64,000 nucleotides of DNA from Desulfobulbaceae bacterium (GTDB lineage: Bacteria; Desulfobacterota; Desulfobulbia; Desulfobulbales; SURF-16). Below the pieces are notes generated by a model that did not search any database, was not told the DNA's origin, and was given only the letters and a program-made list of their open reading frames with translations. Positions within the stretch are counted from its first letter, which is position 1. Each line of letters begins with the position of its first letter. The stretch is from positions 8,159 to 72,158 of the forward strand of contig JALNXE010000002.1 in the NCBI GenBank assembly GCA_023230525.1, in the 5' to 3' direction. A program made the translations under genes and the position numbers. Shown here in pieces: positions 54,408 through 63,116 of this stretch.

Positions 54408-56474
54408 CTAAGGGCGCAGGTGCGCTATTTTTGGCAAGTTCAGCTCTTGTTCACCCGCCAGATGATGATGGGCAAAGCTGTAGCTGGCAGACTGGTAATA
54501 GGCAATGGCCTGCCTGGCCATGGGCGCATCTTCGGGGATGGGCGCGAGACTGTCAGTCCGCGGGTCCCAGTCATAACTTGCTACCTGCTGCAGGGGTTTG
54601 AGTATGGTCAATTGGTTATCCCGCAGATAACCCAGCTTCTGATAATTGCCGATGAAGGCACGCTCCTCGCCGGGCTGCATGGCGAAGATGTTCTTGCCGT
54701 AGAACTGGCTTTCATAGCTCCAGTGCAGCAGTGCCAGCAGGGTAGGGGCGTAATCGATCTGGCTGCAGAGCTTGTCGATTTTTTCCGGCTGAAACAGCTG
54801 GGGATTGTAAATGATCAGGGGAATCCGGTAATTGTTCACCGGCAGGTCGGTCTCGCCGGCGCTGCCGGCGCAGTGGTCGGCCACGATGACAAAGACCGTA
54901 TCGGCGAACCAGGGTTTTTTAGAGGCCTGGCGGATGAATTCGCCGATGGCATAATCAGTGTACTTGACGGCTCCGCGTCTGCCGGTGTGCGAGGGGATGT
55001 CTATCCGGCCGTCCGGATAGGTGAAGGGCCGGTGGTTGGAGGTGGTCATGACGAAGTGGTAAAAGGGCTTTTCCGCAGCATAGGAGCGGTCCGCCTCCTG
55101 CAGCTCCCAGCTGTAAAGATTTTCATCGCAGGCGCCCCAGACATTGGCAAAGGTAACGGCCTCTGCCGGTACCGCGGCCCGGTCAATGACCCGGTAGCCG
55201 TTATGGCCGAAAAAATAATTCATGTTGTCGAAATACCCGTACCCGCCGTAGAGAAAGGCGGTATCGTAGCCGCGTTCCTGAAAGACCGAGCCCAGGGAAA
55301 ACAGGTGCTCATTGCCGGGACGCTTGATGATGGAGCGGCCAGGGGTGGGCGGCACGGACAGGGTGAGCGCCTCCATGCCCCGGTCAGTGCGGGTGCCGGT
55401 GGCATAGAAGTTAGTGAACAGGATACCCCGGCGGGCCAGATCATCCAGATTCGGGGTCAAATCCGGGTTGTTGCCGAAAGCAGCCAGATACTCGGCGCTC
55501 AGACTCTCAACCGTGATCTGGATGACATTGTAATGCTTTTCCATTCCTGCATTTTTGACGAGCCGGTTGATATCCTTCTCGCCGGGGGTGAGGAAGAGCG
55601 AATCACCGGTTTTGACGAGTTCCCGCACCTGCCGGAAGGCCTCCCCATTGCTCTCGGTCCGGTAAAATCTCTGGAAGTCAAGCTGGTTCTCCCGAAAGGC
55701 GGCAAACAGGGAGTAGCCGCCGTTTTTTGCCAGTTCCTGGTTGTAGTTGTTGGCAAAGGCCGGAACCATCCGGTTATTCAAAGTCAGGGTGAAAAGCACG
55801 GGAAGCAGAAGAACGGCGCTGCCCCAGGCAATCCGGCTTCTGGCCGGAGTTTGCGCGGCAAACCAGATGTTGAGCCAGCCACGGCGGCGCGCCGGGTAAA
55901 AAAGCATGGCGGCCGCCAGCAGCAGGCCGGTGAGGATTGCCGGCAAAGGATATGATTCATAAATGTTGCCGACGACTTCAGTGGTATAGACCAGATAATC
56001 CACTGCGATGAAGTTGAAGCGCGCCCCGAATTCATCCCAGAAAACCCATTCGGCCACCCCCGTAAAAAGCAGTCCGTAGAGCACGAGAAAGAAGAAAAGG
56101 GACGTGACATGGCGGTGCCACCGCGACAGGAATATTTTCTCCGGCAGCAGGCTCAGGTAAACCACCAGGGGGATGACAAAGTAGGAGGCGGCTGCCAGGT
56201 CGTAGAGCAAGCCCCAGAGAAAAATTTTGAGCAGCGCGAGCGGCGCATGGTCAATCAGGGTATATGATTTGCACAGCAGGGCGAACCGGGTCAGCAAGGC
56301 AATGGAGATAAAGGCCAGGCCGAATAGCAATACCCCGCCAAGCCGGTGGGAGAGTATCTTGCGCAGCAAAACCACGGGACCAGCGGGTAATGGCCTGGCG
56401 TTCCGGTCAGCGGCAGGATTGGGCAAAACTGGTTTTTCGTATTTGGTCGGCAAGTGATCTTTCATCATTTTCAT
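54408..56474 (-). CDS. LTA-synthase/phosphoglycerol-transferase-family sulfatase-domain membrane protein
   Basis: Start at 'MKMMKDHLP' (GGAGG RBS; track ORF extends to 56660). Five N-terminal TM segments, then an alkaline-phosphatase-superfamily domain ('ESLSAEY', 'TNFYATGTRTDRGMEA', 'VADHC'). Confidence 0.85.
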   Translation of the reverse strand: MKMMKDHLPTKYEKPVLPNPAADRNARPLPAGPVVLLRKILSHRLGGVLLFGLAFISIALLTRFALLCKSYTLIDHAPLALLKIFLWGLLYDLAAASYFVIPLVVYLSLLPEKIFLSRWHRHVTSLFFFLVLYGLLFTGVAEWVFWDEFGARFNFIAVDYLVYTTEVVGNIYESYPLPAILTGLLLAAAMLFYPARRRGWLNIWFAAQTPARSRIAWGSAVLLLPVLFTLTLNNRMVPAFANNYNQELAKNGGYSLFAAFRENQLDFQRFYRTESNGEAFRQVRELVKTGDSLFLTPGEKDINRLVKNAGMEKHYNVIQITVESLSAEYLAAFGNNPDLTPNLDDLARRGILFTNFYATGTRTDRGMEALTLSVPPTPGRSIIKRPGNEHLFSLGSVFQERGYDTAFLYGGYGYFDNMNYFFGHNGYRVIDRAAVPAEAVTFANVWGACDENLYSWELQEADRSYAAEKPFYHFVMTTSNHRPFTYPDGRIDIPSHTGRRGAVKYTDYAIGEFIRQASKKPWFADTVFVIVADHCAGSAGETDLPVNNYRIPLIIYNPQLFQPEKIDKLCSQIDYAPTLLALLHWSYESQFYGKNIFAMQPGEERAFIGNYQKLGYLRDNQLTILKPLQQVASYDWDPRTDSLAPIPEDAPMARQAIAYYQSASYSFAHHHLAGEQELNLPKIAHLRP

Positions 56475-56867
56475 TTGCAATCCTCCGGCGGCTTGCATGG
56501 AGCAGTGGACCGATTTGCGGCCGTTACCGTTTTGCCGCACTATAAAGTGAGTTGCTGAAGGATCGGTGAAGAAGGTCTTCACGCTTTCTTCATGCAGAGC
56601 GGTCGGCTCAATCGGAGTTGCGGGTGTATTTGTCTGGCGGGCGGGAAGGCCGGGGGGCAAAGAAACAGAAATACGGCCGGAATGTTGCCCCGCTGAATAG
56701 CGCTATTTTGCATAGCCATTCCCTATTTAACATCTTGATTTTTTGGGGATTAACTATTGGACAAAGTGCCGCACCTGGTTTAACAATACGCAACCTTGGG
56801 TACTGGGCGCTAATGATGAGCTTTTTTAAGCATATCAGGGCGCTTTTCATTAAAATGAGATGGATAA

Positions 56868-58703
56868 ATGCAAAAAGTGTCTGCCAGTGTTTCTGCGGAA
56901 AAACCGGTCAACGGGCCTCAGCTCGCCAAAGAGTTACGCATTCAGTCGGAAAAATGCATTGAGTGCAAACTGTGCCGCAAGGAATGCGGGTTTTTGCGGA
57001 AGTACGGCTCTCCCAAACATATTGCCGATACCTATGATCCCGCCTCGACCCAAGGCTGGCTGATGGCCTTTGAGTGCAGCCTCTGCCAGCTCTGCGCCGC
57101 GGTCTGTCCGGTCAAGATCAATCCGGCCGCCATGTTCCTGGAAATGCGCCGTGAGGCCGTGAGCCGCGGGGGCCAGGATTTCACCGATTATGGCAGAATT
57201 CTGGGCTATGAAAAAAAGGGTACCTCCAGGCGTTATTCCTACTACGGCCTGCCGGCAAACTGTGACACCGTCCTGTTTCCCGGCTGCACCTTGCCCGGCA
57301 CCAGACCGGACAAGGTCAAGGCCCTTTTTGATCATCTGCGCCAGACCATTCCCGGCCTCGGCATAGTGCTCGACTGCTGCACCAAACCCTCCCATGACCT
57401 GGGCCGCGACAAATATTTCCAGGCCATGTTCAGTGAGATGCGGGAGTATCTCCTGCGGCACGGGGTGAAAAACGTGCTGGTGGCCTGCCCCAACTGCTAC
57501 CGGGTGTTTAAACAGTATGGCGGCAGCCTGCAGGTGCAAACCGTGTACGAACATCTGGCGGCAACCTCCTTGCCCCAGACGGCAAACATTGCGGGCACGG
57601 TTACCATCCATGACCCCTGCGGCACCAGAAATGAGGAGCAGATCCACGCGGTCATCCGCCGGCTGGCCGGCGAGAAATCACTGACCATCCAGGAGATGAA
57701 ACACCATGGCGCAAGAACCATCTGCTGCGGCGAGGGCGGGTCGGTGGGCTGCGTCAATCCCGATTTTTCCAAGGGCTGGGGCGCGCGGCGCCGAGACGAA
57801 GCGGGCGGGGTCAGGATTCTCACCTATTGCGCGGGCTGCGCCAATTTCTTAGGCTCGCTCAATCCCACCAGCCATATCCTGGATTTACTCTTTGAGCCTG
57901 CGGCGACGCTGGCAGGCACGGTGAAAATTTCCAAGGCCCCCTGGACCTACCTCAACCGTCTGCGGCTTAAAAGTCATTTTAAAAGGCACATCACGGCCGC
58001 GGCGTCCCGGGAAAGGACGTTCAGCGGCGAGGAACGGGCCAGGGGCGGCATGGTCAAACGTCTGGTCATTCTGCTGGCCCTGGTCGGGGTGATCGCAGCT
58101 GTCCGCCTGAGCGGTGCCACCCAATATCTGGAGCAGGAGAAACTGCGCGCCCTGATCGCCGGTTACGGCACCTTGGCGCCCGTCATCTATATGCTGACCT
58201 ATGCCCTGGCGCCCGCGCTGTTTCTGCCCGGCCTGCCGCTGACCATCGCCGGCGGCATCCTGTTCGGCCCGTTCTGGGGGGTGGTCTACACCATTTGCAG
58301 CTCCACCGTGGGGGCCTGCGCGGCCTTTCTGGTTTCCCGCTATATCGGGCGGGAGTGGATCGCGGCCAAGCTCAGCAGCCCCCGCTGGAAGAAGCTTGAC
58401 GAGATGGTGGAAACCCATGGCTGGAAAGCGGTGGCCTTTACCCGGCTGATCCCGCTGTTTCCCTTTAATCTCCTTAATTATGCCTTTGGCCTCACCAGGG
58501 TGAAATTCCTCCATTACGCCCTGGCTACCTTTATCTGCATGCTGCCGGCCTGCATCGCCTATATCGTTTTTTCCAGTTCGCTGCTGAGTGTCCTAAAAGG
58601 GCAGATTACCCCCGAGTTTTTGATCGGCATGGCCCTGATCATCACGGTGTCGCTCCTGCCCGTGGTTTACCGGAAAATCAAGGCACGCAGTGAGAAAAAG
58701 TAA
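56868..58703 (+). CDS. Fusion: HdrD/GlpC-like Fe-S oxidoreductase (2x[4Fe-4S] + 2 CCG domains) + TVP38/TMEM64 (DedA-superfamily) membrane domain
   Basis: 611-aa ORF. 'CIECKLCRKEC' and 'CSLCQLCAAVCP'. CCG-type motifs 'LDCCTKPSHD...ACPNC' and 'TICCGEGGS...YCAGC'. C-terminal 'FLPGLPLTIAGGILFGPFWG...FLVSRYIGR...RLIPLFPFNLLNYAFG'. Confidence 0.8.
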   Translation: MQKVSASVSAEKPVNGPQLAKELRIQSEKCIECKLCRKECGFLRKYGSPKHIADTYDPASTQGWLMAFECSLCQLCAAVCPVKINPAAMFLEMRREAVSRGGQDFTDYGRILGYEKKGTSRRYSYYGLPANCDTVLFPGCTLPGTRPDKVKALFDHLRQTIPGLGIVLDCCTKPSHDLGRDKYFQAMFSEMREYLLRHGVKNVLVACPNCYRVFKQYGGSLQVQTVYEHLAATSLPQTANIAGTVTIHDPCGTRNEEQIHAVIRRLAGEKSLTIQEMKHHGARTICCGEGGSVGCVNPDFSKGWGARRRDEAGGVRILTYCAGCANFLGSLNPTSHILDLLFEPAATLAGTVKISKAPWTYLNRLRLKSHFKRHITAAASRERTFSGEERARGGMVKRLVILLALVGVIAAVRLSGATQYLEQEKLRALIAGYGTLAPVIYMLTYALAPALFLPGLPLTIAGGILFGPFWGVVYTICSSTVGACAAFLVSRYIGREWIAAKLSSPRWKKLDEMVETHGWKAVAFTRLIPLFPFNLLNYAFGLTRVKFLHYALATFICMLPACIAYIVFSSSLLSVLKGQITPEFLIGMALIITVSLLPVVYRKIKARSEKK

Positions 58704-58735
58704 TCGCACAATGATCATCCGGGAATATCAATGGT

Positions 58736-59386
58736 ATGAATGGTAACGCCACAGCGGCAACAGCCGGCTACAACTTTAAAAAATCTCTCATTATCAAAGC
58801 CGTGATCGTGGTCTCCCTCACCATGCTTGCCGCCACGGTCTTTTATCTCATCCGCCGCTATTTTTATATCCTTGACGCCTATGTCTATACCGGCGAGTTT
58901 CATCTGCTTTTCATCACGAAAAACATGCAGATGACGAAACTTGAGCTATTTACCGAATACCTGAAACCCATGGGTTTCCTCATGGCCCTGCCTGTCTGTC
59001 TGACCGGGACCTGCTATGCCGGCCTGGACCCGTCATCCTCCCAGCAGGTGCTGATCCGGGCAACCGCTGATGCCTTTGGCGCGCCCATGAGTTTTCTTTT
59101 CGGATTCCTCGGCTTTTTTGTCCTGGGGCTGCTTGCCTTTGGCCTCGGCTCCCTGATCTTCGGGGATATCGTGCCGCTGGTAACCAAAAAATGCTACCCG
59201 GAGTATCTGGACAAACTGAAGAAACCCGCTTTGCTGCTTTTTCCCATGGCCTTTGCCCTGCCCTTTGTGCCGATCATCATAGCTTCCGTAATGGCCGCCA
59301 TTGTCAAGGTCCCTTTTGCGAGGCTGCTGCAATACATGCTGGCCGGTTTCATGCTGCGCACCCTTGCCCTGGTGCTGCTGCAGTGA
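58736..59386 (+). CDS. Hypothetical polytopic membrane protein
   Basis: 216-aa ORF with 4-5 hydrophobic segments, 'LPVCLTGTCYAG' and 'VPFARLLQYMLAGFMLR'. Start uncertain (internal ATGs). No family recognised. Confidence 0.5.
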   Translation: MNGNATAATAGYNFKKSLIIKAVIVVSLTMLAATVFYLIRRYFYILDAYVYTGEFHLLFITKNMQMTKLELFTEYLKPMGFLMALPVCLTGTCYAGLDPSSSQQVLIRATADAFGAPMSFLFGFLGFFVLGLLAFGLGSLIFGDIVPLVTKKCYPEYLDKLKKPALLLFPMAFALPFVPIIIASVMAAIVKVPFARLLQYMLAGFMLRTLALVLLQ

Positions 59387-59437
59387 AAAAAGAGAGAGGA
59401 CGGGCAAGGGGCTTTTCAATCAAACAAGGAGAACAAG

Positions 59438-60310
59438 ATGAAAATAAATCAAGAAGGTAAATGCTCCTGCTGCACCGGGGGCTCCCGATCGGTGCTGCTC
59501 GGCAGGGCCGCTGATGCAGGTCACGAGACGGGCCATACCGGCGGCATGACCAGGGGAGAATTTCTCAAGGTGGTTGGCCTCGGCATCCTGGGCCTCAGCA
59601 CCATACCCGGCACCAAGGCCTATGCCGCGGCGGAGAAGGACGGCAATATCAAGATGGTCCAGGGGAAAAACGACCGCATGGTGGTTGACCTGGAAAACCG
59701 GGAAATCCGGGTTTCCACGGACATCACCAAGGACCCGTCCAAACCATCGGTCATTGACTGGGGCCGGAGATTCCAGGCCTTTTTCGGTACGTATGGCGGC
59801 AAGATGGAAAAATTTTTCGTGTTCACCACCGATGTTTCCCGCACGGATATCGATAAGGCCATCCAGGAAATCGGCATCAAGTCCCGCCGCCAGATTCCCA
59901 TGGAGGAGGTGGAGCAGCGCAAAGGGCTGAAGGCCACCACCACCATGGCTGATTATCTGGACGGCGATCCGGTCATTGTCATCGTGCGGTTCATCAAGGA
60001 CGGCAAAATCGTTGAAACGGCCCTGGAAGATCTGATCGAGGAAAAAATCATGGTCGATGGCGCCGAGGTGGTAAAGCCCTATACCCCGCACTGGGTTTAC
60101 CACGGCACCGGCGAGGCGATCACCTTTCCCTCCGGCTGCTGCGTCTGCCCCTCCGACTGCAACGGCGGCATTATCACCGATAACGTCCTGCCGCTGAAAA
60201 CCACGGAAAACTACTACCGTATCAACTGGGAGCGGATGCCGCCCGTCGGTTCCAAGGCGGAAATCATCATCAAATCCATTTACAGCTCGGCCAGGCACGC
60301 AACCATCTGA
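59438..60310 (+). CDS. Cys-rich exported protein of unknown function (Tat-like signal with single Arg)
   Basis: 290-aa ORF with a strong AAGGAGAA RBS. N-terminal 'KCSCCTGG...HETGHTGG', then 'TRGEFLKVVGLGILGLSTIPGTKAYA'. C-terminal 'PSGCCVCPSDCNGG'. Confidence 0.6.
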   Translation: MKINQEGKCSCCTGGSRSVLLGRAADAGHETGHTGGMTRGEFLKVVGLGILGLSTIPGTKAYAAAEKDGNIKMVQGKNDRMVVDLENREIRVSTDITKDPSKPSVIDWGRRFQAFFGTYGGKMEKFFVFTTDVSRTDIDKAIQEIGIKSRRQIPMEEVEQRKGLKATTTMADYLDGDPVIVIVRFIKDGKIVETALEDLIEEKIMVDGAEVVKPYTPHWVYHGTGEAITFPSGCCVCPSDCNGGIITDNVLPLKTTENYYRINWERMPPVGSKAEIIIKSIYSSARHATI

Positions 60311-60409
60311 TGCCTGCCGGATAAGGCCGGTCAAACGCTGCAAGGAGAGGGGGGCGGTGCATCGCCCTTCCTCTCTATTGCCGTCAACCTCTTTTAAGCC
60401 ATCATCGCC

Positions 60410-61048
60410 ATGCAGGGAACAACCTATTCCGACAGTCTCGGAGACATCCGGAGCATTGCCTCGCGCCTGACCGCTGTTGAACAGCTGGTCAGGGACAGCG
60501 TCATGGCGCAGATCATCGACCGCGGCGGCCCGGTGACCGCCCGCGGCCTGAAACAGGTGGCGGCCCTGCGCAACCTGGATGTGGAGGAGCAGCTTGCCGC
60601 CCTGCTCAAAAAACGGACCATTGTGGTGAACCCGGAGGGATACATCACCTTTTCCTATCCGGTTTCAGCCCTGCCCACCAGTCACCGGGTGACGCTCGCG
60701 GACGGCAGATCGTTTTATGCCATGTGCGCGGTGGACGCCCTGGGGGCCGCCTTCACCTTCAACCAGGATATCAGGGTGGACTCCCAGTGCAGCCACTGCC
60801 GGCAGCCGGTGCATCTGGAAATAGGCAATCAGCGGATTATCGATCTGCAGCCCGCCGCAACCCAGGTGCTCCACGTCGATCTGAACCGGTATGACAACTG
60901 GTCGGGCAACTGCTGAAACATCATGAACTTCTTCTGTAGGAAGAAACATTATGAACAGTGGCTGGCACAGAGGCAGGTCACGCTAAAGCATTTCTGTCTG
61001 ACCGCGGCACAGGCGCTGCAGGTGGCGCAGATGCTGTTTGCCCGGTAG
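60410..61048 (+). CDS. MerB-like (alkylmercury lyase family) protein with in-frame UGA (60914-60916), probable selenocysteine
   Basis: The track ORF ends at TGA 60916, but the frame stays open to TAG 61046-61048. 'YAMCAVDALG' parallels MerB 'YAWCALDTL'. Read-through 'GNC-U-NIMNFFC...YEQWLAQ' parallels MerB '[11 protein letters not shown]...AEDWASK'. Confidence 0.7.
60922..60953 (+). promoter_or_regulatory. SECIS-like hairpin downstream of the in-frame UGA
   Basis: Lower stem CAUG/UAUG, internal loop, upper stem UUCUUC/GAAGAA, apical loop UGUAG. The apex is about 21 nt from the UGA. Confidence 0.5.
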
Positions 61049-61104
61049 GCAGGCGGCAGGCAATTACCGGAAGAGAAGAAAACTTTTCGGGTCTTTATGA
61101 CTTG

Positions 61105-62301
61105 TTAGCCTGTCTCCTTGGTATTGCCGGAAAAGGCGGAGATGAAGCGATCCATGGCGGCAAAGAGCAGCTCGACACTGTAGCCGGCAATAAAGGCGAT
61201 GGCGAACTGCGATAAGGAGGCAAAGGGCAGCTGGCTGTCGCCTTCCTTGATGAACCAGACGATGGCCAGGCCGGACAAGGCGCCCAGGTTCATCCTCAGC
61301 CGTAAACAGATATCCGATTCCGGGGTATAGGTGAGGCTTCTGATCTGCACGGCCAGGGTGCGCAGCACATAAGTAATGGCGCCCAGCAGTCCATAGAGGA
61401 TGGGCAGCAGATAAATCTGCAGGGCATAGATGGCGAACTGGGAAGTTTTCAGGGACTTCAGCAGCCGCTGGTAGGGATCGGCATCAGCTTCCCCGTCTTT
61501 GGCGCTCCCTTTCGGAGAGCTGCCCATGATGCGGCCGAGAAACTGGAGCGGCCGCCGCCAGTACTCATTCCAGTTGTTGAGGATCTCGAAATTGAGCTCG
61601 GTTGACTGCTCGTAATTATCCAGGCGGGCGTCAATGATGCTGATTTCGTTTTGTTTTTTGGCGAGTTCGGCCTCCAGCTGTCCATCACCTCCGGCATTGT
61701 CCGCCGCCGGGGCGCTGCTCTTTTCCCGGTGTTCCTTCAGCCGTTCCTCGATGGTTTTCGCTTCCCGCTGCAGAAGTTCCTTCCGGCTTTTATCCGTGTC
61801 CACCTGCTTGAGGGTGGCAGTGACATCGTCGGTAACCGAAGAGCCCACCACCCAGTAGGTTTGCACCACGAGCAAAAAGATAAGGGTGCCCAGGGCCCAA
61901 AACCGGAAGCGGCGCACCGACAGGGTGGCCAGGGAGACGCGCCGGGGGGATCGCAGAATTTTGCTTCTGAAATGGCCGGTCAGCGAGGTGTCGTCCTGTT
62001 TGTCGTAACTGGCGCGCAGACTGGCTACGGTAACCGGGCTCACCGCCTTGGCCAGGGCCTCAGAGGCCTGCAGAAAGAGGGTTTCCATCTCCACCGGGTC
62101 AGGCGCTGGCTGGCCGCTGCCAGAGGAGTGTCTCAGCCGGATGATGTTTTCGATGGTTTCCCTGGGCAGGGTGATCCCTGTTTCCGAGGCGTAGGACAGC
62201 AGAAGCTCGGCGTTGCGGAGCTGTTCGGTGTTGATCCGGCTGGGGCTGCCTTCCTGTGCCGCGTTAACGTCTGCCATGGATTTTCCTTTTTGGGCCATCA
62301 C
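61105..62301 (-). CDS. Hypothetical membrane protein with central coiled-coil region
   Basis: 398-aa ORF. A TM segment near residue 150, then the charged coiled stretch 'KSRKELLQREAKTIEERLKEHREK...LEAELAKKQNEISIIDARL', then 3 C-terminal TM segments. 4-nt overlap with the upstream gene. Confidence 0.6.
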   Translation of the reverse strand: MMAQKGKSMADVNAAQEGSPSRINTEQLRNAELLLSYASETGITLPRETIENIIRLRHSSGSGQPAPDPVEMETLFLQASEALAKAVSPVTVASLRASYDKQDDTSLTGHFRSKILRSPRRVSLATLSVRRFRFWALGTLIFLLVVQTYWVVGSSVTDDVTATLKQVDTDKSRKELLQREAKTIEERLKEHREKSSAPAADNAGGDGQLEAELAKKQNEISIIDARLDNYEQSTELNFEILNNWNEYWRRPLQFLGRIMGSSPKGSAKDGEADADPYQRLLKSLKTSQFAIYALQIYLLPILYGLLGAITYVLRTLAVQIRSLTYTPESDICLRLRMNLGALSGLAIVWFIKEGDSQLPFASLSQFAIAFIAGYSVELLFAAMDRFISAFSGNTKETG

Positions 62302-62837
62302 CTGACGGAGATGGCATATTCGCAGGCCTTGTCACCCTCGCAGAGCACAGCGGTGCCATCGGCATAGACCACCTTGACCACCCATTTGCCCTGCCGGATA
62401 TGATCCTTCATGCTCCAGGTGCGCCAGTCAAAGAAGCCGCGGCTGGAGATTTCCGTTTGCAGCTGGCCGGCCAGGGCAGGGTCACCGGCGGAGATCATGA
62501 TGTTGTCAATCATGGTGGTGACGCCTTCTGCCGAGACGCCGATGATGGAATGGCGGAACCACTGGTGGTAAATGGGAAGTTTGCCGGCTTCCTGCAGCCG
62601 CTGCAAAGCCCAGTTCGATCCCTTGACCTTCATCCACAGATAGAGGGGGCCGACCGGGGCGGTGTTGTCGTATATCGCTCCATGATCCCTTTCATCGATA
62701 CCGCTGGTCCATACCGCCTGCTCCACCGTAAGGCGGGCCTCCTCGGCCAGGGAGTTGAGGGAATAAAGTATAGCCAACATATTGAGACAAAAGGTGAAAA
62801 GCAGAATAAGGCAGGGCTGGCGATGGCTGCGGGACAT
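62298..62837 (-). CDS. Hypothetical exported protein (DUF2914-like by recollection)
   Basis: Start at 'MSRSHRQPCLILLFTFCLNMLAILYS' (AAGGAGAAAAAA RBS; track ORF extends to 62882). Ends 'GKWVVKVVYADGTAVLCEGDKACEYAISVR'. Confidence 0.6.
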   Translation of the reverse strand: MSRSHRQPCLILLFTFCLNMLAILYSLNSLAEEARLTVEQAVWTSGIDERDHGAIYDNTAPVGPLYLWMKVKGSNWALQRLQEAGKLPIYHQWFRHSIIGVSAEGVTTMIDNIMISAGDPALAGQLQTEISSRGFFDWRTWSMKDHIRQGKWVVKVVYADGTAVLCEGDKACEYAISVR

Positions 62838-63116
62838 TTTTTTCTCCTTGATCCTGTTGTCACACGGAGTGGGCAGAAGCATGGCCCGCGGCCCGGCAGG
62901 GGACGGGCGATTGCCCTGCTGCGGGGCGGACGTGTAAAATCAGGCTGTTATCCCCTTATTAATATGCGGGATGGAAGAATGTCAAGGCGAACGTCAGGCT
63001 GGGGTGACAAAACGGAAAAAACCGGGGGCTGCCCCGACCGGCATGGCACGGGTAAGTAAAAGGAGGCCGTGATAAGGTTTATGGCGAAGAAAATTATTAT
63101 TTAATATAATAACAAT

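Noticed and set aside
53750-56474. An encapsulin operon around the EncFtn-like gene.
   Set aside because: Neither neighbour resembles an HK97-fold shell protein. The upstream gene is a clear sulfatase/LTA-synthase-family membrane protein.
61049-61104. A hairpin or terminator between the convergent MerB-like and membrane-protein genes.
   Set aside because: Only short, imperfect complementarity could be found (CCGGAA/TTCGGG does not pair), and there is no U-tract.
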